A stretch of 52,977 nt of DNA from Bacillota bacterium (GTDB taxonomy: Bacteria > Bacillota > Clostridia > Christensenellales > WQRI01): the NCBI GenBank assembly GCA_009786825.1, contig WQRI01000003.1, positions 1-52,977 of the forward strand, read 5' to 3'. The translations under genes were made by a program, and so were the position numbers. Below, piece after piece: positions 1 to 8,398 of this stretch. The notes under the pieces were generated by a model that saw nothing but the letters and a program-made list of their open reading frames with translations, was not told the DNA's origin and did no database searches. The stretch's first letter is position 1. Each line of letters opens with the position of its first letter.

Positions 1-117
1 ATAATCGGCACACTTTCAGTAGCAGGCGTAGGCGCAGCCGGCACAGCAGGCTATATAGCACAAAGCAAAATTAGAGCGCGCAGAAATAGCGAAGCAAACG
101 AGTGGGGAATGGACTAA
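1..117 (+). CDS. 3' end of an unidentified ORF entering from upstream (hydrophobic segment plus basic tail)
   Basis: Frame 1 is open from base 1 to TAA at 115-117. Translation IIGTLSVAGVGAAGTAGYIAQSKIRARRNSEANEWGMD* resembles a C-terminal membrane anchor. No family recognised. Confidence 0.3.
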   Translation: MIGTLSVAGVGAAGTAGYIAQSKIRARRNSEANEWGMD

Positions 118-123
118 AGTCAA

Positions 124-366
124 ATTCAGAATTATGAATTCAGAATTATGAATTATTTCACCCGCTACCGCGGGAAAGATTTACGTGAGTACTTATGTAA
201 TTGTCACCCTGAACGTAGTGAAGGGTCTAGCGAAGCGAAAACACGGCTACGCCTAGATTCTTCGCTTCGCTCAGAATGACACTTAAAACAAATCGCTAAC
301 TGTTCAAACGTAAAGCATTTAATGGGTTGCAACCATTATTCATTATTCAATATTCATTATTCATTC
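124..366 (+). repeat. F1 heptad-arm hairpin element, copy A (composite, carries an F4 module)
   Basis: Left arm ATTCAGAATTATGAATTCAGAATTATGAATTAT, core TTCACCCGCTACCGCGGGAAAG, then AACTGTTCAAACG, right arm CCATTATTCATTATTCAATATTCATTATTCATTC. Confidence 0.8.
202..281 (+). repeat. F4 nested palindromic module (copy 1 of 2)
   Basis: TGTCACCCTGAACGTAGTGAAGGGTCTAGCGAAGCG...CGCCTAGATTCTTCGCTTCGCTCAGAATGACA. Nested inverted repeats TGTCA/TGACA, ACCCT/AGGGT and AGCGAAGCGAA/TTCGCTTCGCT. About 85% identical to 50383-50462. Confidence 0.8.
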
Positions 367-370
367 AACT

Positions 371-405
371 AAAAAAAGTAGTACGGGTTTCCGTACTACT
401 TTTTT
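371..405. terminator. Bidirectional rho-independent terminator
   Basis: A7 run, 9-bp stem GTAGTACGG (378-386) / CCGTACTAC (391-399), loop GTTT, T6 run. Sits at the 3' end of the minus-strand ORF 404-1576. Confidence 0.8.
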
Positions 406-1576
406 AGTTGAGAGATGCTCTGGTTAGTTCTATTAGTCTGCCGTTTTGTTTTGCTGTTTTGACGACTTCGTCGTTTATTATTGTGCCTTTGGTTATTACT
501 AGGCGGCCGCCTGTGTTGTAGATATCTTTATTGACTTGGCGGCGAAGTAAGAATTTAAACTCGCCTAGAATGCGTGGTTGTTGTATTGTTGTGCGTGGGG
601 ATAGGTTTGCGTCGAATATGATTGCGTTTGTGCGAATGTTGCGCTCTGGTACGGATATTCTTGTTGTTGGGCTTTTTGTTATGCTTGATAGGTGTTGTGG
701 GTAAGACGATGGGGTTAGTGCGGGGCGCGGGGCGGGCATAGGTATAAATACTGGAAGTGGTTGCTGAGTTTCAGTTTGTTCTGTGAAAGGTTGCTCTATC
801 GGCTGTGGTTGATGTATAATGTTTGGGGTAGGTTGTGGTTGTATAAAAGTAGGTTCAGGGATATGCTGTGGTGTTGGGTGAATAGGTTGTGGTTGTATAA
901 AAGTAGGCTCTGGGGTAGGCTCGATTTCTTTGTGTATAATAATAGGTTGTGGTTGTGGGGTAGGTACAGGTGTAGGTATAGGTTCGGTAGGAACGATAGG
1001 CGGGGTAGGTATAATAGGCTCAGTAGGTATAACGGGCGCAACAACAGCGATAGGTTTTGGTGGGGCTTTGGGTTTCTTTTTTTGCGGTGCGGCTTCTCTT
1101 AGAATAACGGCATCGGTTGCGCCTATTATGCGCTCTTTGCTGTAGTTTGTGCGCTTGCGCTCTAGCGTTACTTCTATGCGCTCTGTTAGTCTGTTTTCTA
1201 AATCTATATCTGAGATAGCCCCTAGATATTTGCCAAGCGAGTTAAACACGCTTAGGTTGTAAGGCGACACTAAGTTTTCTGGCACGGGCTTTAGTGGGCG
1301 CAAGGTTTTTATAACAACCGCGTCTGTGCCTATGTTGTGTATGCTGGACATACGAAGTAGGGCGTATCCACTTTTTAGTTGCTTGCAAGCCTCGAACATC
1401 TCGCCCAAAAGGTTTTTTAAGTTAGAGAGATATTCTTCTTTAATTTCGATAAGCATACTGCTTGTTCGCCTTAGTTTTTTGTCAAATAAAAAATCTGCCA
1501 CTACGCCAATAGTGCCACTAACATTAAGTGCGATTACGGGTTTGTTAATGTAATCTTTTAGTTTGATTTTTTCCAT
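404..1576 (-). CDS. Hypothetical protein: PRC-barrel-like N-terminal modules, about 130-aa proline-rich spacer, small C-terminal domain
   Basis: 390-aa ORF. N-terminus KDYINKPVIALNVSGTIGVVADFLFDKKLRR resembles PRC-barrel proteins. The centre is P/T/Q/I-rich, with PEPTFIQPQP occurring twice. The C-terminus GRLVITKGTIINDEVVKTAKQNGRLIELT is typical of clostridial PRC-barrel proteins. Confidence 0.55.
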   Translation of the reverse strand: MEKIKLKDYINKPVIALNVSGTIGVVADFLFDKKLRRTSSMLIEIKEEYLSNLKNLLGEMFEACKQLKSGYALLRMSSIHNIGTDAVVIKTLRPLKPVPENLVSPYNLSVFNSLGKYLGAISDIDLENRLTERIEVTLERKRTNYSKERIIGATDAVILREAAPQKKKPKAPPKPIAVVAPVIPTEPIIPTPPIVPTEPIPTPVPTPQPQPIIIHKEIEPTPEPTFIQPQPIHPTPQHIPEPTFIQPQPTPNIIHQPQPIEQPFTEQTETQQPLPVFIPMPAPRPALTPSSYPQHLSSITKSPTTRISVPERNIRTNAIIFDANLSPRTTIQQPRILGEFKFLLRRQVNKDIYNTGGRLVITKGTIINDEVVKTAKQNGRLIELTRASLN

Positions 1577-1766
1577 AATTTTTTTCTCAATGCAGAATAT
1601 TTTAAGGAAGTTAGTTTTTAAGCGCTTCCTTTAATTTCGGCAATACTTTTTCCATAATATGCTATGTACTATTGTATGTGTGACAAAATTTTTATAGCAC
1701 AGATAATTTTGTCGCATATTGAAGTATAAGTTTTTAAGTTTTTTTCACTTAGAATGCTTTTATTAG

Positions 1767-1795
1767 TTGAAAAAAAATGTGTGTTGTGTTACAAT
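1767..1795 (+). promoter_or_regulatory. Sigma-A type promoter with extended -10, positioned for a leaderless transcript
   Basis: TTGAAA (1767-1772), 17-nt spacer, TGT-TACAAT (-10 at 1790-1795). The ATG at 1802 lies 7 nt after the -10. Confidence 0.55.
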
Positions 1796-1801
1796 AGAGA
1801 T

Positions 1802-2620
1802 ATGGGAAAAGTTATAAAAGAATTTGTTAAGTTTGAGACGCACCTACACACCAAAGAAACTTTTGCGTGTGCTAAGGTGGCGGCGGAAGAAATTCCGCAA
1901 ATTTACAAAAAACTTGGGTTTGACGGCATTGTTGTTACAAACCATTTTATGCAAAAAGTTTTAGACCAATACGAAGTGTGTTGCGCCGAGCCGAGCCTTA
2001 AACTACATACTGCGTATGAGGGGCGCGAGATTAGCCTTAACACAAACGAATGCTGTTGGCATAAAAAAGTAGACGGCTATTTGCAAGGCTTTAAAAATAT
2101 GCAAAAGGCGGGCAAGAAGGCAGGCGTTAAGATTTTTTTCGGGCTAGAACTTGGGCTTTTAGAGTACGACAAACTAGATGGTAAAGACCCAGCGATAGAA
2201 CTTTTAGTATACGGCGTGGAAGCGAAAGATTTATACGACACAGTAAATTTTCACGCGCTGAGCCACGCGAGGCTTTTTGAGATTGCAAACCAAAAGGGTT
2301 GGCTTATTTATCAAGCCCACCCAGCAAGAAAAGTTTCTAAGTATGCAGACCCAAAACTTTTGCACGGGGCAGAAGTTTGGAATGCAAACCCGCGCCACTA
2401 TAACTTTAACGACGAGGCGCTTGGTTGGGTGAGTAACCTAAACTTAAAAGAGGGGTTTAATTTAAAAAAGTTATCGGGTTCTGATTTTCATAGAGAGTGT
2501 ACGGCGGGCAGGGCTGGCATTATGGTTCCGAAAGGCTTAAAGAATATACAGCAACTAGTAGAGTTTTTACGCCACAACGACCCGGGGCTTATAATGGGCG
2601 ATTTACATAGGATTTATTAG
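1802..2620 (+). CDS. PHP-domain metal-dependent phosphoesterase (paralog 1)
   Basis: FETHLHTKE...GFDGIVVTNHF...LIYQAHPAR...GSDFH motifs. The start was moved from the ORF-track 1754 to ATG 1802 because the promoter lies inside the upstream part of the track ORF. Confidence 0.75.
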   Translation: MGKVIKEFVKFETHLHTKETFACAKVAAEEIPQIYKKLGFDGIVVTNHFMQKVLDQYEVCCAEPSLKLHTAYEGREISLNTNECCWHKKVDGYLQGFKNMQKAGKKAGVKIFFGLELGLLEYDKLDGKDPAIELLVYGVEAKDLYDTVNFHALSHARLFEIANQKGWLIYQAHPARKVSKYADPKLLHGAEVWNANPRHYNFNDEALGWVSNLNLKEGFNLKKLSGSDFHRECTAGRAGIMVPKGLKNIQQLVEFLRHNDPGLIMGDLHRIY

Positions 2621-2810
2621 TGTTAAATTTTAAATGTTGAATGTTGGGTGTTCAATTTTAAATTTTAAATGTTGAATGTTAAATGTCTAAACTCATTAAA
2701 TGCAAATACGTTTGAACAGTCAGCGATAGCAATAGTTTAGAATTTGCAAATGTTAGTCCGCGCGTAAGCGCGTATAAACATTTAACATTTAAAATTTAGC
2801 ATTTAACATT
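2621..2810 (-). repeat. F1 element copy B (reverse orientation, long left arm)
   Basis: Starts 1 nt after TAG 2618-2620. TAAACTCATT, TTTGAACAG, ATTTGCAAAT, CCGCGCGTAAGCGCGTATAAAC, flanked by AAATGTT/AACATTT heptad arms. Confidence 0.8.
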
Positions 2811-2819
2811 CGGGGAATT

Positions 2820-3542
2820 ATGGAAAATTATTATAAATTAGAGATGCATTTGCATACGGCGGGGGCGTCTAATTGTGGGCGCGTTGCGGCGTCGATTATT
2901 CCTAAACTATATAAAGATGTTGGCTTTGGGGGCATTGTTGTGACCAACCATTTTTCTAAGCATCATCTAAAATTTATTGGTGCAAAAAGTTGGGAAGACG
3001 GCGTAAACAGATACGTAAAAGGTTACGAGGCGGCGAAAAGGGCGGGCGAGAGTATTGGGCTTCGGGTTTTTTTTGGTTTAGAATTACACTTAAAAGAGTA
3101 TTTGCCGCACGGCGCAGTTACAGACCTTTTGGTGTATGGCATTACAAAGCAAGATTTGCTAGAGCATAGATTTATATTTAATTATACGCACAAACAACTT
3201 TTCGAGTTGGCAGAAAAAAAGGGGTGGCTGATTTATCAAGCCCACCCAGCGCGCGCTATGGATATTTTTTCTAATAGTTTTGCACCGCCACACCTTATAC
3301 ACGGGGTAGAAGTTTATAATGCTTCTGGCTTTTGGTATGAGTCTGATGCTAACAATAATCACAAAGCATTAGAGTTTGCTAACAAGCATAAACTAAAGCA
3401 AATTGCAGGCTCTGATTTTCACAACGTTGGTTGTGAGGGGAGCGCGGGTATTTACGTGCCAAACAGCGTAGATAGCATAGAGAGTTTGGTTGCGTATTTA
3501 AAAGCCGAGCAGCCTAGGCTTATCACGAATGTAAAAGATTAA
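2820..3542 (+). CDS. PHP-domain metal-dependent phosphoesterase (paralog 2)
   Basis: LEMHLHTAG...GFGGIVVTNHF...WLIYQAHPARA...GSDFH. Collinear with the 1802-2620 product. Confidence 0.8.
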   Translation: MENYYKLEMHLHTAGASNCGRVAASIIPKLYKDVGFGGIVVTNHFSKHHLKFIGAKSWEDGVNRYVKGYEAAKRAGESIGLRVFFGLELHLKEYLPHGAVTDLLVYGITKQDLLEHRFIFNYTHKQLFELAEKKGWLIYQAHPARAMDIFSNSFAPPHLIHGVEVYNASGFWYESDANNNHKALEFANKHKLKQIAGSDFHNVGCEGSAGIYVPNSVDSIESLVAYLKAEQPRLITNVKD

Positions 3543-3614
3543 GTAGGCGCTAGCCCAAAACTATAAAGGAATTCAAAAGTATTGTTAGATGCTAAAATAA
3601 GGAGAATAAACAGT

Positions 3615-3812
3615 ATGGAAAAAATTACAAAAACAACAACAATTCAAGAAGTAATTGAGATGGGGGATAAGGCAGTAGAAGTATTGCTATCTTTTGGCAG
3701 AAGATGTGTGGGTTGCCCAAAAGCCAGAACAGAAACAGTAGAATTGGTTTCTCAAAAATACGGCATAGAGTTAGAAGAGTTTTTAGCAAAACTAAACGAA
3801 GCCGTGTCTTAA
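3615..3812 (+). CDS. DUF1858 / hybrid-cluster-associated redox disulfide family small protein
   Basis: ITKTTTIQEVIEMGDKAVEVLLSFGRRCVGCPKARTETVELVSQKYGIELEEFLAKLNE, with the CxxC motif of the family. SD AAGGAG at 3598-3603 favours ATG 3615 over the track start 3582. Confidence 0.65.
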   Translation: MEKITKTTTIQEVIEMGDKAVEVLLSFGRRCVGCPKARTETVELVSQKYGIELEEFLAKLNEAVS

Positions 3813-3970
3813 GGCGGGTGTTGGGTATTGCTAAATAATTTAGGTTATTACTAAAATCGCTACAAATACTACGCCCATTAATCGTTATATTAGTGTAGGG
3901 GTTTTAAGTGCGGTTTAGTGCTGATAAATTCCTACAAACTAAATTCACAAAAAATAAGGAGAGAAGTATT

Positions 3971-4678
3971 TTGATTAAAATGCAAAATGTGTCTAAGCGG
4001 TTTGGCGATAAACTTGTTTTAGACGATGTTAACTTAGAAGTTCCTGTTGGTCGAATATTTGGTCTGTTAGGACCATCAGGCTCTGGAAAAACAACAATCA
4101 TAAATATTTTAGCAAAGCAAATTCCGGCTTGTGTAGGGACTTCTAGCGTAGAGGCTAAGCCATTTGAAGTTGGTTTGATGCTAGATGATGATGGGTTGTA
4201 TGAGAGAATTTCTGTAAAGCACAACCTAGAGTTGTTTGCACGAATTTATGGTTTAGACAAAACGGCGGCGGAACAGACCCTTAGGGGTGTTGGTCTTTTT
4301 GAAGAAAGAGACAAGCCGGTGTTAAAATTATCTAGGGGAATGAAACAGCGTTTGGCGCTGTCGCGTGCAATTGTGCATAAGCCAAAGGTTCTGTTTTTAG
4401 ACGAGCCAACAGCAAACCTAGACCCTAACACAGCGCGCGGTATACACGGGCTTATACTTGGGCTTAGAGAGCGCGGCACAACAGTTTTTTTAACAACTCA
4501 CAATATGCAAGAGGCGGTAAACCTTTGCGATGAGATTGCGCTTTTATACAAGGGCAAAATAATAGAAAGCGGCACTCCAGAGGGCGTTTGTCAAAAATAT
4601 AACTCTTATAAAACTATACCAGACTTAGAAAGCGTTTTTATCAGGCTAACCGAGCAAGCGGCGGGAGGTGCAGTATGA
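3971..4678 (+). CDS. ABC transporter ATP-binding protein
   Basis: Walker A GPSGSGKTT, signature LSRGMKQR, Walker B LFLDEPT. SD AAGGAGA at 3955-3961 favours TTG 3971 (MIKMQNVSKRFG). ATG 3980 is the alternative. Confidence 0.85.
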   Translation: MIKMQNVSKRFGDKLVLDDVNLEVPVGRIFGLLGPSGSGKTTIINILAKQIPACVGTSSVEAKPFEVGLMLDDDGLYERISVKHNLELFARIYGLDKTAAEQTLRGVGLFEERDKPVLKLSRGMKQRLALSRAIVHKPKVLFLDEPTANLDPNTARGIHGLILGLRERGTTVFLTTHNMQEAVNLCDEIALLYKGKIIESGTPEGVCQKYNSYKTIPDLESVFIRLTEQAAGGAV

Positions 4679-5424
4679 GAATAGTTTCAGCATTATTTTT
4701 AAACAACTTTCGCGACTTGCTTAAAACACCTACGCTTTTAATAAGTTTACTTATGTTTCCGGCAATAGCAGTTATAATGGCAATGTTCTTGCCTGTGCCT
4801 GAATATGGCGAAGAAAACTATTTAGAAGGGCTTACTGCCGGGCTTTTAGCGGCGAGTATGTTTGCGCCGATGTTTGTTGCTATGGGACCAATCAACACAG
4901 CCTCTAATAGCATAGCGGAAGATATAGAAAAGAAGCGCTTACGCTTTTTGATTATGGCAGGGGTAAATGCCGGGCATTATTTGGCGGCTATAATACTTTT
5001 TGTTATGGCAACATCTATACCGCCGATTATTGTTTTTGGGCTTATTGCACAGTTAAGTGTGTTTGGCTTTTCGGTGTTTTTTGGGGTTATGTTGGTGTCT
5101 ACGCTTGCGGCTACTGTTTTGGGTGCTATGGTTGGTATACTGTCTAAGAGTTTGCAACAAGCGGGGTCTATTAGCATAATGGCTATGATGTTTTTTGGTT
5201 TTATACCGATGTTTGTACCAATGATGGATATAGATGCGCTGAGCAACATAGCACAGTTTTTGTTTACGTATCAACTAAGGGAAGTTATGTTTTACGAATT
5301 AGTAGATGATGTAAATTTACTAAGGGCTATCGGAATAATTTTAGCAAATTTTGCTGTGTTTATAGCATTGTTTGCATATGTATATAGAAAGAGAGGCTTA
5401 AAGGGCAAACTGAGTGAAGAGTAA
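4675..5424 (+). CDS. ABC-2 type transporter permease
   Basis: 249-aa polytopic hydrophobic protein. Its ATG overlaps the ATPase stop (ATGA at 4675-4678). Confidence 0.75.
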   Translation: MRIVSALFLNNFRDLLKTPTLLISLLMFPAIAVIMAMFLPVPEYGEENYLEGLTAGLLAASMFAPMFVAMGPINTASNSIAEDIEKKRLRFLIMAGVNAGHYLAAIILFVMATSIPPIIVFGLIAQLSVFGFSVFFGVMLVSTLAATVLGAMVGILSKSLQQAGSISIMAMMFFGFIPMFVPMMDIDALSNIAQFLFTYQLREVMFYELVDDVNLLRAIGIILANFAVFIALFAYVYRKRGLKGKLSEE

Positions 5425-5426
5425 AC

Positions 5427-5585
5427 AATTTTAAATTTTAAATTTTTAATGTTAAATGTTTTCACCGCTAGCGCGGGCAAGATTACGTTTTGCAAATTGC
5501 GAGAATGTGTAACTTGTGGCTGTTAAAAAGTTTTGTCTATTACGAGTTTAATAATTTAACATTTAAAATTTAAAATTTAACATTA
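5427..5585 (+). repeat. F1 element copy C (forward)
   Basis: Arm AATTTTAAATTTTAAATTTTTAATGTTAAATG, TTTTCACCGCTAGCGCGGGCAAG, TTTGCAAAT, GCTGTTAAAAAG, CGAGTTTAA, right arm AATTTAACATTTAAAATTTAAAATTTAACATT. Confidence 0.9.
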
Positions 5586-5592
5586 AAATAAT

Positions 5593-6528
5593 ATGTTACA
5601 TAAATCTATTACAACCCTTGTGGGAAATACACCGCTTATAGAACTTGTTAATTATAACAAGGCTAATGGTTTGGGCTGTAAAATTATCGGTAAGTTAGAG
5701 AGTTTTAACCCAGCGGGCAGCGTTAAGGATAGAATTGCCCTTAATATGATTTTGGAAGCAGAGCGCGCGGGCTTGTTAAAGGCAGATAGTACTATTGTAG
5801 AGCCAACAAGTGGCAACACGGGGATTGGGCTTGCTAGTATTGCAGCGTCGCGGGGCTATAAAGTTATACTTACAATGCCCTCAAGTATGAGCAAAGAGAG
5901 GGTGCAATTGTTTAAAGCATACGGCGCGGAAGTTGTTTTAACCGAGGGCGCTTTGGGTATGAAGGGCGCAATTGCTAAGGCAGAGCAAATTGCTGCCGAA
6001 ACCAAAAATTCTTTTATGCCAAAACAGTTTGATAATGCGGCTAACCCTGCCGTTCATTTCGCAACTACAGGTCCAGAGATTTGGAAAGACACGGGTGGTG
6101 CTATAGATATTTTTGTAAGTGGCGTTGGCACGGGCGGAACAATTACGGGGGCGGGCAGTTTTTTAAAGTCTAAAAACCCTAGTCTTAAAATTGTTGCGGT
6201 AGAGCCTTTCGACAGCCCGGTTTTGTCTAAAGGCGTTGCTGCGCCACACAAAATACAAGGCATAGGGGCGGGATTTGTTCCAAGTATATTAAACACAGAA
6301 ATCTACGACGATATTATAACAGTTACAACAGAAAACGCAACACTCACTTCACGCGCCCTTGCAAAACTAGAGGGCTTACTTATGGGGATATCCTCAGGCG
6401 CTGCGCTTTTTGCAGCAACCCAGTTAGCAAAAAAACAAGAGAACAAAAACAAAACCATAGTAGTAATACTGCCCGACACGGGCGAGCGATATTTATCGAC
6501 AGAGTTGTTTTGCGAAGCAAAACAATGA
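5593..6528 (+). CDS. cysK: Cysteine synthase A (O-acetylserine sulfhydrylase)
   Basis: GNTPLIEL...[16 protein letters not shown]...[10 protein letters not shown]...[10 protein letters not shown] motifs, 311 aa. Confidence 0.9.
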   Translation: MLHKSITTLVGNTPLIELVNYNKANGLGCKIIGKLESFNPAGSVKDRIALNMILEAERAGLLKADSTIVEPTSGNTGIGLASIAASRGYKVILTMPSSMSKERVQLFKAYGAEVVLTEGALGMKGAIAKAEQIAAETKNSFMPKQFDNAANPAVHFATTGPEIWKDTGGAIDIFVSGVGTGGTITGAGSFLKSKNPSLKIVAVEPFDSPVLSKGVAAPHKIQGIGAGFVPSILNTEIYDDIITVTTENATLTSRALAKLEGLLMGISSGAALFAATQLAKKQENKNKTIVVILPDTGERYLSTELFCEAKQ

Positions 6529-6529
6529 T

Positions 6530-6679
6530 AAATGTTAAATTTTAAATGTTAAATGTTTTCACCGCTATCGCGTACAAAATCTATTTGCAAATTGCTTGCA
6601 AGCAAAAATTGCGACTGTTCAAAAGTTGTGGATTTTATGAATTCAGACATTTAACATTTAAAATTTACAATTTAACATT
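6530..6679 (+). repeat. F1 element copy D (forward)
   Basis: AAATGTTAAATTTTAAATGTTAAATG, TTTTCACCGCTATCGCGTACAAAAT, ATTTGCAAAT, ACTGTTCAAAAG, ATGAATTCAGA, CATTTAACATTTAAAATTTACAATTTAACATT. Confidence 0.9.
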
Positions 6680-6695
6680 ACCAAAAGGAGATTTT

Positions 6696-7361
6696 ATGGA
6701 AAATTTTTTAGAAAGACGTCAAGGTGTAGAAGACTTGCTTAGTTGTTTATTACGAGAGCCGTTCAGCGAGACTGAAGCAAAAGTTTTGCTAAAGTTTGGT
6801 ATTGCAAAAAATATAGACAACAGCAAGTTAGAAGAATTTCTAAGTGCGCTAGGCGAGACAAAACAAAGCATAAAAAAAGACCAGCAGTTTTTGTATGATA
6901 ACGACCCGTCCGTTACGGGCGTAGACCAAATTGCAAGTTTTACAAGTTTTTTTGCAGTAGCCGCTTACAGAATAGCGCACATTTTTCCGTGCGAAAAAAT
7001 TGCAAGGCAAATCTCTGAGTTTGCAAAATCTCTTACGGGGGTAGATATTCACCCAAAAGCAAAAATAGGCGTACCCTTTGCGGTAGACCACGGCGTAGGC
7101 ACAGTTATAGGTGAGACTGCCGTTATAGGCGATAGTTCTATGCTATACCACGGCGTAACCCTAGGCGCAAAGCATCTAAAAGAGCGCGAGCAAGTAGGGG
7201 AAGACCGCCACCCAAAACTAGGCAACAAAGTAATAGTATACTCTAACACAACAATACTAGGCAACATAAACGTACCCGACGGGCTAATCATAGGCGCAAA
7301 CAAATTCATAAAAAGCCAACAAGAAATAGATGAACTACAATCTAAATTCGGAAGCAGGTAG
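6696..7361 (+). CDS. cysE: Serine O-acetyltransferase
   Basis: Hexapeptide-repeat region HPKAKIGVPFAVDHGVGTVIGETAVIGDSSMLYHGVTLGA...HPKLGNKVIVYSNTTILGN. SD AAGGAG at 6685-6690. The first 50 aa of the track ORF are translation of F1 copy D. Confidence 0.85.
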   Translation: MENFLERRQGVEDLLSCLLREPFSETEAKVLLKFGIAKNIDNSKLEEFLSALGETKQSIKKDQQFLYDNDPSVTGVDQIASFTSFFAVAAYRIAHIFPCEKIARQISEFAKSLTGVDIHPKAKIGVPFAVDHGVGTVIGETAVIGDSSMLYHGVTLGAKHLKEREQVGEDRHPKLGNKVIVYSNTTILGNINVPDGLIIGANKFIKSQQEIDELQSKFGSR

Positions 7362-7364
7362 GTG

Positions 7365-7446
7365 TGCAAGCCACCACTTAAATGCTAATCGCGTACCACT
7401 TAAAATGTTAAGTGGCACGCTTGCATTCTGCTTTCACATTTTTTTA
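7365..7446 (+). terminator. Nested hairpins after cysE (weak terminator candidate)
   Basis: Outer stem TGCAAGC (7365-7371) / GCTTGCA (7419-7425), inner stem CCACTTAA (7396-7403) / TTAAGTGG (7408-7415). The T-run comes only at 7439-7445, not adjacent to a stem. Confidence 0.3.
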
Positions 7447-7509
7447 ACTAACATTTTTACCTAAGCGAAAAATATTCGGAAAGTTTTTTTAAAAGATGTG
7501 TTCAAACGC

Positions 7510-7538
7510 TTGCGTTTTTTTTGGGTTTGTTATATAAT
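7510..7538 (+). promoter_or_regulatory. Candidate promoter of the S10 operon
   Basis: TTGCGT (7510-7515), 17-nt spacer, TATAAT (7533-7538), with an A/T-rich upstream region. Followed by the hairpin AAGACTGT-TTGT-ACAGTCTT and an approximately 290-nt leader. Confidence 0.5.
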
Positions 7539-7836
7539 AATAAGACTGTTTGTACAGTCTTATTTGTTCAAGTTGCGCGACACACACGGGCGAGTGTAAG
7601 TTCGCTTGATACGAAAAAATTTCTTGCGCGCGTTTTGTTCCAAAACGCTAATGCCGAAATTTTTTGTATCTGCGCTCACACGCTTCAAATACCTTAAATC
7701 TGTAAGGGTGAGTTTTGGGGCTTTGTGGCTTTTGGTAGTTTGGCGCTTGCGTTTGCGCTTGGTAGGATTTCGTATAGGCAATATTAAAAATTAAAGTAAT
7801 TCACATTTAGATATATAGTAAACAGGAGTATTTAGA

Positions 7837-8154
7837 ATGGCACAAATTATGCGTGTAAAATTAAGGGCTTACGACCACAGCGTTTTAGACTTGGCTGCTA
7901 AAAGGTTAGTTGATACTGCTAAAAGGGCAGGCGCTAAGGTTACTGGTCCTATTCCTATCCCAACGGACGTAGAGAAAATTACTATTATAAGGGCGACTCA
8001 TAAGTATAAAGATAGCAGAGAGCAGTTTGAAAAGCGTACGCACAAAAGGCTTGTAGATATCTTTAACCCGTCGCCAAAAATAGTAGACAGTCTGACAAAA
8101 CTAGACTTGCCAGCGGGTGTAGATGTTAATATAAAGTTGCGCTCTATGAAGTAG
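7837..8154 (+). CDS. rpsJ: 30S ribosomal protein S10 (uS10)
   Basis: [13 protein letters not shown]...GPIPIPT...[29 protein letters not shown] lies upstream. Confidence 0.97.
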   Translation: MAQIMRVKLRAYDHSVLDLAAKRLVDTAKRAGAKVTGPIPIPTDVEKITIIRATHKYKDSREQFEKRTHKRLVDIFNPSPKIVDSLTKLDLPAGVDVNIKLRSMK

Positions 8155-8398
8155 ATTGTTTAAAGCCCATATACGCGTGCATTTAAACTGCTACGTGTCT
8201 AGGCTTCAAAACAACTTTGGTAATAATAAAGTAAATATAAAAAAATGCAAATCGCATTAGAAAAAATAAAATCTAGGTAACCTATGGTTTAGTCTATGTT
8301 ACCAATTGCGAGGAGGGAATGCAAGGCTTGTTGTTTGTAAAGTTTTGCGATGTGTGTTTGGGCTTTTATATTATAAAGGTCGGGACACTAAAAAAGAT

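Noticed and set aside
5461-5530. F1 core as a promoter (TTGCAA as -35), or as a hammerhead/twister-type self-cleaving ribozyme
   Set aside because: No consistent -10 lies at 16-18 nt from TTGCAA across copies. I found no CUGANGA...GAAA hammerhead core or recognisable twister core. GCCCGCGCTAAGCGG only superficially recalls GC-rich ribozyme stems. Left as untested rather than claimed.
7560-7781. Highly basic 73-aa minus-strand ORF in the S10 leader region
   Set aside because: TTG start with no SD, on the opposite strand to all neighbours. It lies within the predicted rpsJ 5' leader, and the basic composition is explained by A/G-rich antisense sequence.
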